From the sequence record KM190144: DNA of 64,000 nt. The stretch is one strand, 5' to 3'. Positions 19,168 to 29,938 of this stretch are shown piece by piece (the stretch's first letter is position 1; each line of letters starts with the position of its first letter). This DNA is from Escherichia phage Av-05. A program made the position numbers and the translations under genes. The notes under the pieces were generated by a model, which saw nothing but the letters and a program-made list of their open reading frames with translations, was not told the origin of the DNA and ran no database searches.

Positions 19168-19659
19168 TTACTCTTCCCTTTTGAATAATACATCCCGTAA
19201 TACAGGAACGCTTTTATCCATACTTGCTTCAAGTTGCTTACTGTCCGCACTTGCCCATGCATACACAACCATTTTAGCAACGTCGCTCAAAGTTTCATAC
19301 TTATTTCTTAAAGCTCCTTGCTCCTTCTTGAAAAAATCTATATTGTCTTGTACCCATTGCAAGCGTTCTTTGTTCTCATGGCAAGTATTTTTAAACATTT
19401 CTCTACTATAGGGACTTGTCTGGTTAAAAGGCAATCTTTTATCTAGCCCCGCCTTTTCGAAATCATCATGCAGCATGTCTAGTAGGTCATCTCTGTAGCC
19501 GGACAAATGATTCACATTACACCAATCATATAAATTAGCACACAAACCGCAGTCACGAGAGAAAATATCAGAGTCTGGTGCTCCTCTTTTTACCCAAGCA
19601 TCGTAAGAAAGGTAAAAACTTTGTAATAAGACATGTAGCTTTGTAATATCAAAATTCAT
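19168..19659 (-). CDS. hypothetical protein
   Basis: 163-codon ORF. Confidence 0.3.
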   Translation of the reverse strand: MNFDITKLHVLLQSFYLSYDAWVKRGAPDSDIFSRDCGLCANLYDWCNVNHLSGYRDDLLDMLHDDFEKAGLDKRLPFNQTSPYSREMFKNTCHENKERLQWVQDNIDFFKKEQGALRNKYETLSDVAKMVVYAWASADSKQLEASMDKSVPVLRDVLFKREE

Positions 19660-20117
19660 TGCTCGAAATCTCCATTGCGAAGTTGCTCTGCATAAAGAAG
19701 GGCTTGTTTTCCCGCATAGATGATGCTTTCTTCTTGCTCCTGCTCTCCGATACGGATTGTGAGCATACCGTACATATGAACACCTTGAGCCATCATCTCT
19801 GTGGAGAACTTCTTTGTGGCTTCCAAACTGGGCATCAAAGGTGACTGATCTGCTGGGGTATATGCATCAGAGATATCAGATTGTTCCCCATCAAAAACAT
19901 AACAACTCTCACGAATGAACTTCTTTAGGAGTGCATTTTCTGATGCTACGTCAATGAACATACCCTCCAGTTTCTTGTAGTCATCGTAAGAAACCATGTC
20001 TGTACAGAAGGAACTCCCTTGTACAGGGGGTGATAAATAGTCACTTGGTATTGCATGTATCTTTACATTTCTCATAGAAATTCTCCACAAAGTGTCAGGT
20101 AGTGAAATGATACACAA
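19656..20117 (-). CDS. hypothetical protein
   Basis: 153-codon ORF. Confidence 0.3.
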   Translation of the reverse strand: MCIISLPDTLWRISMRNVKIHAIPSDYLSPPVQGSSFCTDMVSYDDYKKLEGMFIDVASENALLKKFIRESCYVFDGEQSDISDAYTPADQSPLMPSLEATKKFSTEMMAQGVHMYGMLTIRIGEQEQEESIIYAGKQALLYAEQLRNGDFEQ

Positions 20118-20141
20118 ACAGATTGCCTATAGCAAGTGTTC

Positions 20142-20513
20142 TTAATTAGCCAATTCAGCATCCAACGACATTATATACTCAGGTAGCTTTCGAATGTTCT
20201 CATACAGCACAATCTCTCCGTGTGTCAATGGCCTGATTTCTTTATCCACACCAACATTATTATGGTAATCCCAATCTGCATCGACATGGACGAAGACCAG
20301 CGTTCCTCTATTGCCAGTCTTAGCGGCCTTTCTTACGATAATCTCTCCGTCTATTGAAGGTAGGCATCTTTTAAAGAACTTGTTTAAAAGTTTTTGTTGA
20401 ATTGCTTCTGCCAAGATCATTTTGTCTTGGCTATCTATGATTCTTTTAATTTCAGAGTTGTTTACTTCAACATCAATAAGTTGTGTTGTTGTCTGGGTTC
20501 CTTTTACTTTCAT
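20142..20513 (-). CDS. hypothetical protein
   Basis: start taken at internal ATG with TAAGG SD just after the HNH stop; longer track ORF overlaps the HNH gene. Confidence 0.3.
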   Translation of the reverse strand: MKVKGTQTTTQLIDVEVNNSEIKRIIDSQDKMILAEAIQQKLLNKFFKRCLPSIDGEIIVRKAAKTGNRGTLVFVHVDADWDYHNNVGVDKEIRPLTHGEIVLYENIRKLPEYIMSLDAELAN

Positions 20514-20523
20514 TATTTTTACC

Positions 20524-21162
20524 TTACTCTGATATAGGGTCTGTTTTTGATCTTCTTTTCTGGACTTTCTTGGGTCTTCCTGTGATATGTGACCATGAGT
20601 ATCCATTATTTAAAGAAGATATTGTATTTCTGGAAACTCCGAATAGTTCCGCAATAGCTTTGTGTGTTATCCCACAATCAATAAGCCGTACAATCTCTAA
20701 AACTTTCTCCTTTGTAAGGACAGATAAATGATAATCATCACCAAATTTTTGGATTCTCCCCATACTATAAGCCACTGTATTGTTATGGCTATAGGTACAC
20801 CACTCAAGATTTTCAACTCTATTATTATGTCTGTTACCATCTATGTGGTTTATAATTGGAACTCCTAGCACAGTTTTTCTGCATTCTTTCTGCAATTCTG
20901 GAGAAGGAGGCTCTTTAAAAGCCTCCGCTACAAGTCTATGGACTGAAAAACTTTTCCCTGAATCTTTACCCCTTTTGTACAAGCACACGCTCGGATAGCA
21001 TTGTGGAGATAAATTTTCACTTTTAGTTTTTAAATATTTCCACATTCCTGATTTAAAAGATCTTACATTTCCATAATTACTTACTTGATAATCAGGATAC
21101 CCTACAATATCCTTCCAAATTTCCTCTACTTCATCAGTGGGAATCTGCCCATGTGTATCCAC
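20524..21162 (-). CDS. HNH homing endonuclease, free-standing
   Basis: YQVSNYGNVRS (NUMOD4-like) and INHIDGNRHNNRVENLEW... (HNH) motifs; overlaps 3' end of polymerase exon 3. Confidence 0.65.
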   Translation of the reverse strand: MDTHGQIPTDEVEEIWKDIVGYPDYQVSNYGNVRSFKSGMWKYLKTKSENLSPQCYPSVCLYKRGKDSGKSFSVHRLVAEAFKEPPSPELQKECRKTVLGVPIINHIDGNRHNNRVENLEWCTYSHNNTVAYSMGRIQKFGDDYHLSVLTKEKVLEIVRLIDCGITHKAIAELFGVSRNTISSLNNGYSWSHITGRPKKVQKRRSKTDPISE

Positions 21163-21433
21163 AAAGATATTCTCCTGTAATTAAAACGGGAAGCCCCATT
21201 ATCTTAGACGCTTTTTCTACACATTTTGTTGCAAGCTCTCCTACTGGGCAATGCAGTATCCTGTATTTCCCATACACATCAGGTTCAACAATAACTTTAC
21301 CTGCTTTCACATAATGTCCGTCGAAACGATGGCCTTTTTCAAGCATCATATCTACATAGCTTTGTGCAGCCTCTAAGTTAGAATGCTCCGTTATTGATTT
21401 AAATCTTTCCGGTACTTGTACCTGTATCTCATC
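21134..21433 (-). CDS. DNA polymerase, family A (T7 gp5-like), exon 3 of 3
   Basis: starts DEIQV (motif C HDE after splicing to ...YYH); C-terminus resembles T7 gp5 end. Confidence 0.6.
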   Translation of the reverse strand, partial: DEIQVQVPERFKSITEHSNLEAAQSYVDMMLEKGHRFDGHYVKAGKVIVEPDVYGKYRILHCPVGELATKCVEKASKIMGLPVLITGEYLCGYTWADSH

Positions 21434-22276
21434 CACTAGTTCAAGGAGTTCGCTACTCTCCCCCGCACCGTTACGTGCATAGCCACAAGATTTCTCCTGT
21501 GGGTCAGACTATATCATAACCCTTTTTCAAGGGTTCCTCCCGTTTGGACCGCGCTTGCTGGCCTACTCTACTCGCTTCTTCACATCAGATGAAGCTGATG
21601 CTATGCTTTCGATAGTCGTTGAACGTCACTTACCAAGTATAGTCTTTAGAGATATGCACCCACAATCTCCGTTGTTTAATTCCTTTTACGGATGGGTAGG
21701 GGTATCCGAGATCTCTAATCTCGCATTGCCTTAGCCCTGACTGTAGCAATTCACAAATCTCTCTCACATCTTTTTCTGTGAGAATGGCATTCGCATTGTT
21801 TTCACCAATAGGTATAACACGTAATCCTGTATCGTAAGCATGTTTTATATTGCTGCCATGTGTCCCCCACTCAAGATTCCACGCTGCGTTATTAAGTTTG
21901 TTTCCATCTTTATGATTAACGCTGGTGAATCTTTCTGGATCTGGATTAGGCACAAAACATTCTGCCACCATCCGATGTATGGCTTTCGTACAGGACTTAC
22001 CGTCTATCCTTATAATTGTACACAGATATCCCCTCCCATTATCAAATACCTGCAAGGGAAGTTTATCTCTTTTTGAAAGAGGCGTGGAACCATCTTCAAA
22101 AACTGTATACCCATGGTAATCTTTTGCTTTTACCATTTTACTATACCTCTTTAAGTTTTCGCTGCGGATTGGCATATTGTCCTTATAACACAATACATTA
22201 TAAGAATCAACTTAGCTTTCCCGACAATTAGAGAGGTTTTCGACATGCATTACTGCATGAAGCCACAATGTTATTT
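21434..22276 (-). mobile_element. group I intron 2 in DNA polymerase gene
   Basis: on sense strand: starts right after exon T, in-frame stop, P-like aattgtcgggaaa, Q-like caatccgcagcg, R-like cgttcaacgactatcg, S-like gatatagtctga, ends in G; boundaries within a few nt. Confidence 0.6.
21630..22136 (-). CDS. intron-encoded HNH homing endonuclease
   Basis: HKDGNKLNNAAWNLEWGTHGSN HNH motif; start at ATG preceded by AAGAGG. Confidence 0.6.
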   Translation of the reverse strand: MVKAKDYHGYTVFEDGSTPLSKRDKLPLQVFDNGRGYLCTIIRIDGKSCTKAIHRMVAECFVPNPDPERFTSVNHKDGNKLNNAAWNLEWGTHGSNIKHAYDTGLRVIPIGENNANAILTEKDVREICELLQSGLRQCEIRDLGYPYPSVKGIKQRRLWVHISKDYTW

Positions 22277-22609
22277 ATGGTAGTAGATAACCCTTCTGAC
22301 ACCCTGGTCGTACCATCCCCGTTTCACCAATTCCCAATGGAACAGGACTCCCATGAGGTCAAACAATGAAGCACCACCGTTTTGTTGGTAAGCATTCAGC
22401 AGAGAATGTTTAGAACGAGTCCAAATTTTACGCCCATCCATACCTGGAATATAGCGTCTCCCATTTGCCTCCCAGAATTTTTCTAACCACTCCCTACGCA
22501 TTTTCAACCCGAAGTTACTATCCCAGAATGCGTCTATTACAGCCTGTGCTCTATTAAGGGGGATACCCAGCATTGCGGCTATCTTAGGAGCTTGTGCTCC
22601 ATACATGAT
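22277..22609 (-). CDS. DNA polymerase, family A, exon 2 of 3
   Basis: IMYGAQ... and GMDGRKIWTRSKHSLLNAYQQNGGASLF align with T7 gp5 motif B region and downstream. Confidence 0.6.
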
Positions 22610-23343
22610 CATATTGTTCAACATGGCTCGCTACACCATGCCCGTCCTTTTAGGAACTGCTACATATTTCTATGCAGATCAGACTATATCTTCATCCTTT
22701 TCAGGATGCCCACCGCTTCGGCAGTCTGAAAGACTGGAGGTTTCCCTCACCGCTTGGCCCTACGCCTTTCGGCTAGTCGTTGAAGTTTCGAATGCTTCCC
22801 AACATTTATGTTCTATTTGATGGCATTTTTTACAAAGTAATTCAAAATTACTTATTTCGTTATTCGTCCTGTCATGGTCAATATGATGAACGCACCATTC
22901 ATCTTTACCTGCATAAAGAAGATCTTTATTACATCTATTACAGTATCTTCTCTGTTCCTTTATGACAGGGGATAACTTACGAAACATCGATATGCCATTT
23001 TTATAAAATTTGGACAATTTCCCACGAGGCTGCCCACCACCTTTTCCTATGCCAACTCTGTCAAGCCTATTTTCTCTTTCGGCCTTTCTGCGTCTATATT
23101 CTCTGGTTTTTATCTTTGAATATTCTCTTCTACAACCTTCAGAGAGACATACTTTTTGATTTTTACCAGTTTTAACACATTGTTCACCGCAGATTATACA
23201 ACAAAATGTGCCCATATTCTCCCTCCTTTTGTAAGAGGGAAGCATTCGCTTACCTGCTGATTATCTTCGACATAACTCGGTCAGATTTCCCAGCAATTCA
23301 ATGGGTGCACCTTACAAATTACTTTGTAAGGGGGCTATCATTA
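22610..23343 (-). mobile_element. group I intron 1 in DNA polymerase gene
   Basis: sense strand begins taa after exon ...ITYG; P-like aattgctgggaaa, Q-like aatcagcagg, R-like cttcaacgactagcc, S-like aagatatagtctga; boundaries within a few nt. Confidence 0.6.
22760..23215 (-). CDS. intron-encoded HNH homing endonuclease
   Basis: Cys-rich N-terminus, CVHHIDHDRTNNEISNFELLCKKCHQIEH HNH motif; ATG with AAAAGGAGGG SD. Confidence 0.65.
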   Translation of the reverse strand: MGTFCCIICGEQCVKTGKNQKVCLSEGCRREYSKIKTREYRRRKAERENRLDRVGIGKGGGQPRGKLSKFYKNGISMFRKLSPVIKEQRRYCNRCNKDLLYAGKDEWCVHHIDHDRTNNEISNFELLCKKCHQIEHKCWEAFETSTTSRKA

Positions 23344-25380
23344 ACCATACGTAATCCCCTTTCCTCCAGAGCGTGTTACCTCCTTTCCTGCTGCTATTGT
23401 GTATGCTCTTGCGTTTCGTTCATGGGCATCCTCTTCCATCATGATACGTAAATACTCACCACCATCAAACTCAAAAGCCCCTGCTGCAGCAATCATACCT
23501 TCTAAGTTAGACCCGTCACAACCCATCAGGTAGTAGCCTTCAGGGACTGTCCAAAGACCCCGCATTTCTTTTCCCAACAAAACCTTCGGATCAGGCTTGG
23601 GCATGTTTGCGCAAACAGTGTGCTTGCACCTGCCCGTGTTAGTGATTCCAGAAAAACGTGCTGGAAGTTTTCCGTCAATGTCTAAACGAGGGTGATTTAA
23701 TAACCCTGTATCCGTCTTGTCCTCATCCATTGGGTCTAAAACAGATCGCCTGTTACGAAGTGATAACCACTTAACAATCTGTTTTGCCATATGCACATCA
23801 ATTTTCTCCAGATTTGGACACAGATGCCCAAAATTATCTTTTAGTTGAGGAGATGTCGGTAACTGGCGTGCCTTACGCCGAAATTTCTTAAATATCTCTG
23901 AATAACCTCTTTCAGATGCATGTCGATGGTCAAACTTACGCTCTGAAATGTTGAATTTCTCATCTGAATCATTAAGGTAGTCAAGAATAAGAGATTTATA
24001 CTCAGACTCAGCCAACTCTTCTATGTACTTCTTAACTAGTACATCAATTTCAGAATCTTCTCTGGCCTTTTTAAATTGATCCTTCGTAACGTCCTTTACA
24101 CGCCACAGTGTAGGTTTCCAACCAGCATCTTTGATCAGATATTTTTTAATGTCATCTTGATTGGAGATTTTCATTGGAACCATTAAATCTGGCATTTTTC
24201 TGTTTCGAAGGTCTTCTTTAGCCTTCTCTAGAAGATCCGGCGGCAAAGGTTCGAGTGTGTTCTCTTTGGTTCGCTGGGAACGAATGAAATTACCGTATAA
24301 AGCCGGATCTTCAATGCCATTCTGGATGCAATATCTCTCCCCTGCTGCACTTACATCCCCATTACTCTTAAAAGCTGTTTTTGGTGGGGCTTTAAACTCT
24401 AGAGCTTCTCTGTTAACAGGATAACCAAGTTTATATTCCAACCAATTCCACCCATGATAAGATATATTACCCGCTGTGTCAAAAGGGTTAGCTGGGAATT
24501 TTGGTTGTTGGGATTTCGTCATCTCTTTTTTTGGAAGAAGTGGTTCTACCTCTTCTTCAATCTCCCGCATCATCTTATCTATGCGGTCTCTTAATTTTTC
24601 TGCCTCCTCTCGATTAAAGTATACACCCTGTATTTCTTGCTCTATCATCAAATAGTCTGTGAGCATTCTCCTACGTAATGCATTTTTCCAATTAATCTGG
24701 TGCATCCCGTGAGGTTTATCAGCATACATGAACTGCTTGTCATCAGGCCATCGCGTACCATTTGACTCGTCAATAAGAGCTTTCCACACAAGTTCGTTAA
24801 TGATAACGTCTTCCCACACACGGTTTACATATTCCCACAATGGTTGATTACGCCAATCATCAATCTGTACTTTCTTGTTTGCCACACGATAACCCCATGC
24901 CAATAAGCCGTGTGGCCCAACCCTATCACGTTTTCCTGTTACAGGGTTTAATACAGAGTCTGGGCAGCCATTAGGCAATGGGCGATCTGGGTAAAGAACA
25001 CGACTCATTGAAAGAGTGTCGTAAAGATTTACCTGTTTATTACCTATCGTCCCCATACATTTTGGGTCTTTGAACATATCATATTCAATCCCAGAAAGTT
25101 TTTTCCACAGACGTAAATCATAGCCAAACAGGTTATGTATTGCTATCCCTCTTGGTTCGGTCTGTAACCAAGAGTAAAAATCATCATAAGAAAGGATTCG
25201 TAAATTAACACCTTCTTTGCTGCGTGCAAAATTAACTGCACTCTGGTATTCCTTGTGAGCAGGATCGAGAAACAACACCCAGTTATTTACAGCATATTCT
25301 TTAAAAAGTGTGCAGTGATATTTAGTTGCCTCTTCTAATAATCCGTCAGCCTCTGTATCGGCTAAAAAAAGTCCTTTCAT
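23344..25380 (-). CDS. DNA polymerase, family A, exon 1 of 3 (3'-5' exonuclease plus N-terminal polymerase part)
   Basis: MKGLFLADTEADGLLEEATKYHC resembles T7 gp5 N-terminus (exo motif I); ends KGITYG at motif B; start at ATG with TAGGAGGAG SD. Confidence 0.65.
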
Positions 25381-25575
25381 ACTCCTCCTATTCAAGATGG
25401 GCTTGACTGTATCGTCGCCCATCTCTTAGTTGGTTATAGATTATGTGGAAAACTACCTATTTTTGATTTATGTTTCTTTGCCAAAGGGCTTCTCTTGGCG
25501 GGAATGTATCCCTCAAGCCCCTTGGCAACACGAATAGCTAACTCATCATATTTTACATGTATCCTCTTTTTTCTC

Positions 25576-27576
25576 TCAAAATGGAGAATCGCTATCTAAA
25601 TCTTCAGGTTGCTCAATCACAACAGCAGGTTCTTGTTGAGGAACAGAAACAGCAATTTTCCCCACAGGTGTTTCAAGTTCCAGACTTTGAATCATTGATT
25701 TAGGTCTTAGCATTACCTCCCCATTAAGTTTAAACATACCATCTTCCCACACCCAACCAGATGCATCAGAAAACTGACCATTATCATCCATAATCAGAGT
25801 ATCCGCTATGCCTAATTTTTTGTGTGGACGGTTTTTCAAAACAACACTACGAATACGCCCACGAGATCGGTCAGGGAGTTCTTCAGGCTCGACACCTAAG
25901 ACAACCCACGATAACTGTTCGAGTGCTGCACTTCCCCTTAAAGATTCTTTTCTCACCGGATACCAGAAAGGTAACAAATTACCTTCTTTATCTTTCGGAA
26001 TTTGTATATCAACACGCTTCATATGACTGATACTGAGGATAAACACGTCATATTTTTTGCAGAAGGCAGCCAATTCCGTCATGATGTTATCTAAATCTCT
26101 TCTCTCGTTATCAGATTTTAATCCTGATATCACCATCGACAAGTGATCTAAAATAATCCACCTACACCCGTCAAGGAAAACCATCTGTTTCAATTTTTGT
26201 AGTAATTGGTCAGTCGGTATTGAACCAAAGTGATCAAAAATTTTAACCTTATCTTCGGCAATCCACCGTTGGTGTATAGCTAAGTGCTGCTCATCGGTAA
26301 GAAATTGCTCTGGATCTGCAACAAATGCTTTCGGGTCAATTTTTAACTCCTCAGCATATAGACTGTTTACAGACTCCTCTTCATCCTCCTCTAGACGGAT
26401 AATTGCAATTTTCTCGTTCTCTTTCCAACCGTCCAGTCGGGGAATATCCATGTTACGGAGGTACTCGATAATTGCATACTCAATCTTTCTTGAGAAAGTT
26501 GATTTCCCAGCTCCAGATGGGCCTGTCAGTGTCCACAATTCTCCTGTTCGTGGGCCTCTTGTTAGTTCATACAAACGAGGAAAGCACGGCAACGGAACGC
26601 CATCTTTTTTCTTTTTACGGAGATTTTCAATAGATATTCTCTCCAACCCAATCAATTTGTCTGGAACATATTTATCCTGCGCTTTAGCAAACATGTTCCA
26701 GATATCCATCCACTTACCTTTTTTGTAAATATCCCGGATATCTTTAACACCATTTGGGTCATTGCGTTCATTTGGGTATCGTGCAACGTAGATATTGTCA
26801 GACAGTAAAAAACCTGCGACATCATCTGTAGCTTCCTTGCCTTTCTTAATTCTGTGTTCTTTTTCCCTTGCTGTGGCTTCATCATTGTCTAAACCAAGGA
26901 CAATCTTTTCATATTCCCTGATAAACTTTTCGTTGTGGGCAAATGTATCTACCGCATTGGCTGTTCCACAGTTCAACCCGATAAAAGGTAATGTCGGGCA
27001 ATTAGAAACCTCCTCACCATCCTGAATGGCTTTGATACCTTTTAAAGCATTGTTTGCCCACTCACGTACTGAACGTGACGTATTAGGATTACTATGAAGA
27101 AATTTAATATACTCAAACCCAGCTTGCCAGCCAGCCGTTACATCGCCTTCCCCCTCAACAATAAAGATCTGTTTTTTACCAGATCCCATAGAGGCCTCAT
27201 GTTGACCAAAAAATTGAGAGGAAGCCTTTACTGTGCCAACAACAGAGAAATGCCCCTTTTTCTCTTTCGGAACAGTCCAGTCTCGTTTCTTGTACCCTGT
27301 CAATTTCCCATATTTGTCATAATATGGAAGATATGTTGCCACTACTGTAGTACCGTCTTTCAAATCTGTTGCAGATCTGATCTTGAAGTACTTAGCTGCA
27401 TCTAAACTAATATCCATTTGGGGGACAGCCAAGATCCTTGTACTATCCAGGACAGACTCTACAGTTTCTTCTTCTTTTTTCTGATAATTCACTTTACCAC
27501 CACTTTTTGTAGGTCGGAATGCTTTTGGGTTCTCACCTTCAAAGTATGCACCAGCCCCCCATTTTGTAATCTTCAT
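25576..27576 (-). CDS. primase-helicase (T7 gp4-like)
   Basis: Walker A GPSGAGKST, Walker B-like WIILDH, acidic C-terminal tail ...DSDSPF. Confidence 0.6.
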   Translation of the reverse strand: MKITKWGAGAYFEGENPKAFRPTKSGGKVNYQKKEEETVESVLDSTRILAVPQMDISLDAAKYFKIRSATDLKDGTTVVATYLPYYDKYGKLTGYKKRDWTVPKEKKGHFSVVGTVKASSQFFGQHEASMGSGKKQIFIVEGEGDVTAGWQAGFEYIKFLHSNPNTSRSVREWANNALKGIKAIQDGEEVSNCPTLPFIGLNCGTANAVDTFAHNEKFIREYEKIVLGLDNDEATAREKEHRIKKGKEATDDVAGFLLSDNIYVARYPNERNDPNGVKDIRDIYKKGKWMDIWNMFAKAQDKYVPDKLIGLERISIENLRKKKKDGVPLPCFPRLYELTRGPRTGELWTLTGPSGAGKSTFSRKIEYAIIEYLRNMDIPRLDGWKENEKIAIIRLEEDEEESVNSLYAEELKIDPKAFVADPEQFLTDEQHLAIHQRWIAEDKVKIFDHFGSIPTDQLLQKLKQMVFLDGCRWIILDHLSMVISGLKSDNERRDLDNIMTELAAFCKKYDVFILSISHMKRVDIQIPKDKEGNLLPFWYPVRKESLRGSAALEQLSWVVLGVEPEELPDRSRGRIRSVVLKNRPHKKLGIADTLIMDDNGQFSDASGWVWEDGMFKLNGEVMLRPKSMIQSLELETPVGKIAVSVPQQEPAVVIEQPEDLDSDSPF

Positions 27577-27727
27577 CTCTTCTCCTTAGAAGGGTTTGGC
27601 AACTACAGCCATATACCAGCCATTACACACAGATATGCCACCTGAGATACAGTAGCCTTTTCTAAACCAAGTGTTTAGTTTTGATTCTAATTCTGAAATA
27701 CTGGTTCCTGTGAGAATCTTGACATTT

Positions 27728-28468
27728 TTATCCACCAACCCTCCTAAAATCATTATATAGGAATACAGCTTTGGCAAAACCTCTTGGGGTTAACGATCTT
27801 ATAACCTTTGTCTTTTTTGATTTGCCACCCAATTTTAGGTGCTGCTCAGAATACCCGTCTAACACGGGGACGGGTAATTTCTCAGGCATCTTAAAACCAT
27901 TGCCTGTCCACAAACAAGTCTTTTTAGGGTAGGCATCTCTGGGTTTTATGTATTCTGGAAAAAATGGATGAACATCATTCTCTGGTAGATACCCGCCGTA
28001 CTCATAAGGATGAAATGAATAGTCTGGTTTACGCCACAGAGAAGATAGAACACTAACTGGATTTTCTATCATGTAAGGGCAGCCGTATTCATCTGCCAGC
28101 CTTGCTGCCACTTTTGCTGTATTTACAGCCTTTATCTGGAATAAAGGGTCTTTTGCAGCTTTTCTTGCGAAATGCGCTGCGCCACTAACAGCCATATCTG
28201 TGCATGGTGGGAATGCGAATATAATACTTGGCGTACATATCCCTATCTCTACTGGGTTAAACTGGTCGTCTATCCAAACATTGATATATTCTATATTTTT
28301 GTGTTTTATTCTGATACTTTCATAACCACCGTGATCAGCGCCATCATAGTTAAGGCATATTACTTTGTACCCATTCTTTGCCCACTCATAACCCATGATG
28401 CCGGATCCGTCAAACATGCACAAAACTGTATCACTCAATACACCTCCTATACCAGAAAACAGGCCCAT
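27728..28468 (-). CDS. DNA (cytosine-5) methyltransferase-like protein
   Basis: FSGIGG (motif I-like), PPC (motif IV-like), ENP (motif VI-like); short, no obvious target-recognition domain. Confidence 0.4.
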   Translation of the reverse strand: MGLFSGIGGVLSDTVLCMFDGSGIMGYEWAKNGYKVICLNYDGADHGGYESIRIKHKNIEYINVWIDDQFNPVEIGICTPSIIFAFPPCTDMAVSGAAHFARKAAKDPLFQIKAVNTAKVAARLADEYGCPYMIENPVSVLSSLWRKPDYSFHPYEYGGYLPENDVHPFFPEYIKPRDAYPKKTCLWTGNGFKMPEKLPVPVLDGYSEQHLKLGGKSKKTKVIRSLTPRGFAKAVFLYNDFRRVGG

Positions 28469-28495
28469 AGCTGGGCCTTTTAAGTTACGCTAAAA

Positions 28496-28717
28496 TCAGT
28501 GCAATACTGCATGAACAGGGCTTCCATCAGCCCCGTAAGGAATGTCTCGTACCTGGGCCAGCCTTTTCACTAAAGTATACACCAGCCAACCTTCAGCTTC
28601 ATGTTGTCCTGCAATATCATAACCATCATCAAGAAGTTCAGCCAGTTTGTTCTCTACTTCTTCTCTTTTTGTTCTGCTAATTTTGAACTCAATGAGTTTA
28701 ACAGTGTTTTTAACCAT
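28496..28717 (-). CDS. hypothetical protein
   Basis: 73-codon ORF. Confidence 0.3.
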   Translation of the reverse strand: MVKNTVKLIEFKISRTKREEVENKLAELLDDGYDIAGQHEAEGWLVYTLVKRLAQVRDIPYGADGSPVHAVLH

Positions 28718-28721
28718 AATT

Positions 28722-29006
28722 CTAGAAACCTTCTTCTCTATTGTAACACCCGTTTATCTCTAGATCTCTCAGGTATTCTCTTAAATGATGGTATAGCACA
28801 TCATCTGGAATGTCAAGATAGATTTGCTTACCGTTTTTGAATACAGCGTAATATTCCAGTTCCTGAAAGCCGTTGTAATCCCAGTCGCTTTCTTTACTGA
28901 AGAAGTCAGGTTTTTGAACAGAAAATAGAGCTTCGACAACCACCAATCCGCAATCCTCATGGTCGTATTCGAACTCAATGTCTACCATAGGGGATTTGCT
29001 ATTCAT
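28722..29006 (-). CDS. hypothetical protein
   Basis: 94-codon ORF. Confidence 0.3.
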   Translation of the reverse strand: MNSKSPMVDIEFEYDHEDCGLVVVEALFSVQKPDFFSKESDWDYNGFQELEYYAVFKNGKQIYLDIPDDVLYHHLREYLRDLEINGCYNREEGF

Positions 29007-29472
29007 ACTCCCCCAACTCTTGTTTTAACTCAATATTTTCTTTTAACAGGGCATTCACAAAAGCTAATATGTGAACAAGAGAACTCTGACAACCATTAGC
29101 ATATAGTTCAGCTTCTACACGCTTTTTCAATTTCGCACCATAACCGTCTAAGTTGTCGAGATGCTCTTTAATTTTATCATAAGCATCTCGTTTTCCTCTT
29201 AGCTCATTAATAATGTACAGAACATTATCTGGGCTTGCGGTGGCAATGTAACTGGCATCGTAGTCATTTTGCCAGTGAGATAAATTCCCAGTTCCCTCAT
29301 GTCTCTTTGCCGGACCCATTTTAGGATCTGTGATGAAAACAGTTTTTACCTCCTTATCATCCTGAAAGGATACCATCGAATGTCCATGGCTATCTATCCA
29401 CCAGTGCCCTCTGGTGGCTTTCTTTGCCAGTTTCTCAATATCTCCGATTAAGATATCAGCTTTTGTCTGCAT
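28999..29472 (-). CDS. hypothetical protein (Ea22-like?)
   Basis: 157 aa; ATRGHWWIDSHGH N-terminal motif and C-terminal coiled coil. Confidence 0.3.
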   Translation of the reverse strand: MQTKADILIGDIEKLAKKATRGHWWIDSHGHSMVSFQDDKEVKTVFITDPKMGPAKRHEGTGNLSHWQNDYDASYIATASPDNVLYIINELRGKRDAYDKIKEHLDNLDGYGAKLKKRVEAELYANGCQSSLVHILAFVNALLKENIELKQELGEYE

Positions 29473-29725
29473 TGATATCCTCCTTCTTCAAGACTAAACT
29501 TGCTCTTGAGATCTCAGAAGAAACATACTCTATGTGACTAATCACATATGTCGTTACTTCGCTTCCATCGCCAAAAATATTATCAAGATCTACGATAACA
29601 AGATCACCATTCTCCGGTTTTTCTACATCATCGGATAAGATAATCACAGCTTCTGCAACCTCCCCAGATTGGTTGAGACGCAGTGTAATATCATGACCAT
29701 TACCCCTATACTCAGTAAAATCCAA
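29456..29725 (-). CDS. hypothetical protein
   Basis: 89-codon ORF. Confidence 0.3.
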   Translation of the reverse strand: MDFTEYRGNGHDITLRLNQSGEVAEAVIILSDDVEKPENGDLVIVDLDNIFGDGSEVTTYVISHIEYVSSEISRASLVLKKEDINADKS

Positions 29726-29938
29726 AACCTTTTTCTGCTTTTTGGTGTGGTGGGAAAAACCACTTAAAGAGCTTCTTCAACATGCATTCGCTCCTTAATT
29801 TCATTTAGGATGTCTTCGTATCGCTGCCACGACTCTTCGGCAGACAACTTTGCTTCGAGAAAGTTGTCTCGTGCAACATCTCGTAATTTCAACAATTTTT
29901 CAGTTGAAACTTGACTCAAATCTGTAAAGTCTTCGACT

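Noticed and set aside
20513-21162. Shared MDTHG N-terminus of the free-standing HNH gene and the downstream ORF as a homing-endonuclease insertion footprint
   Set aside because: Only about 18 nt are similar, and the downstream gene more likely starts at an internal ATG with a proper Shine-Dalgarno.
21134-25422. Inteins as the cause of the polymerase interruptions
   Set aside because: The interruptions begin with in-frame stop codons and carry group I P/Q/R/S-like RNA elements plus free-standing HNH ORFs with their own ribosome-binding sites.
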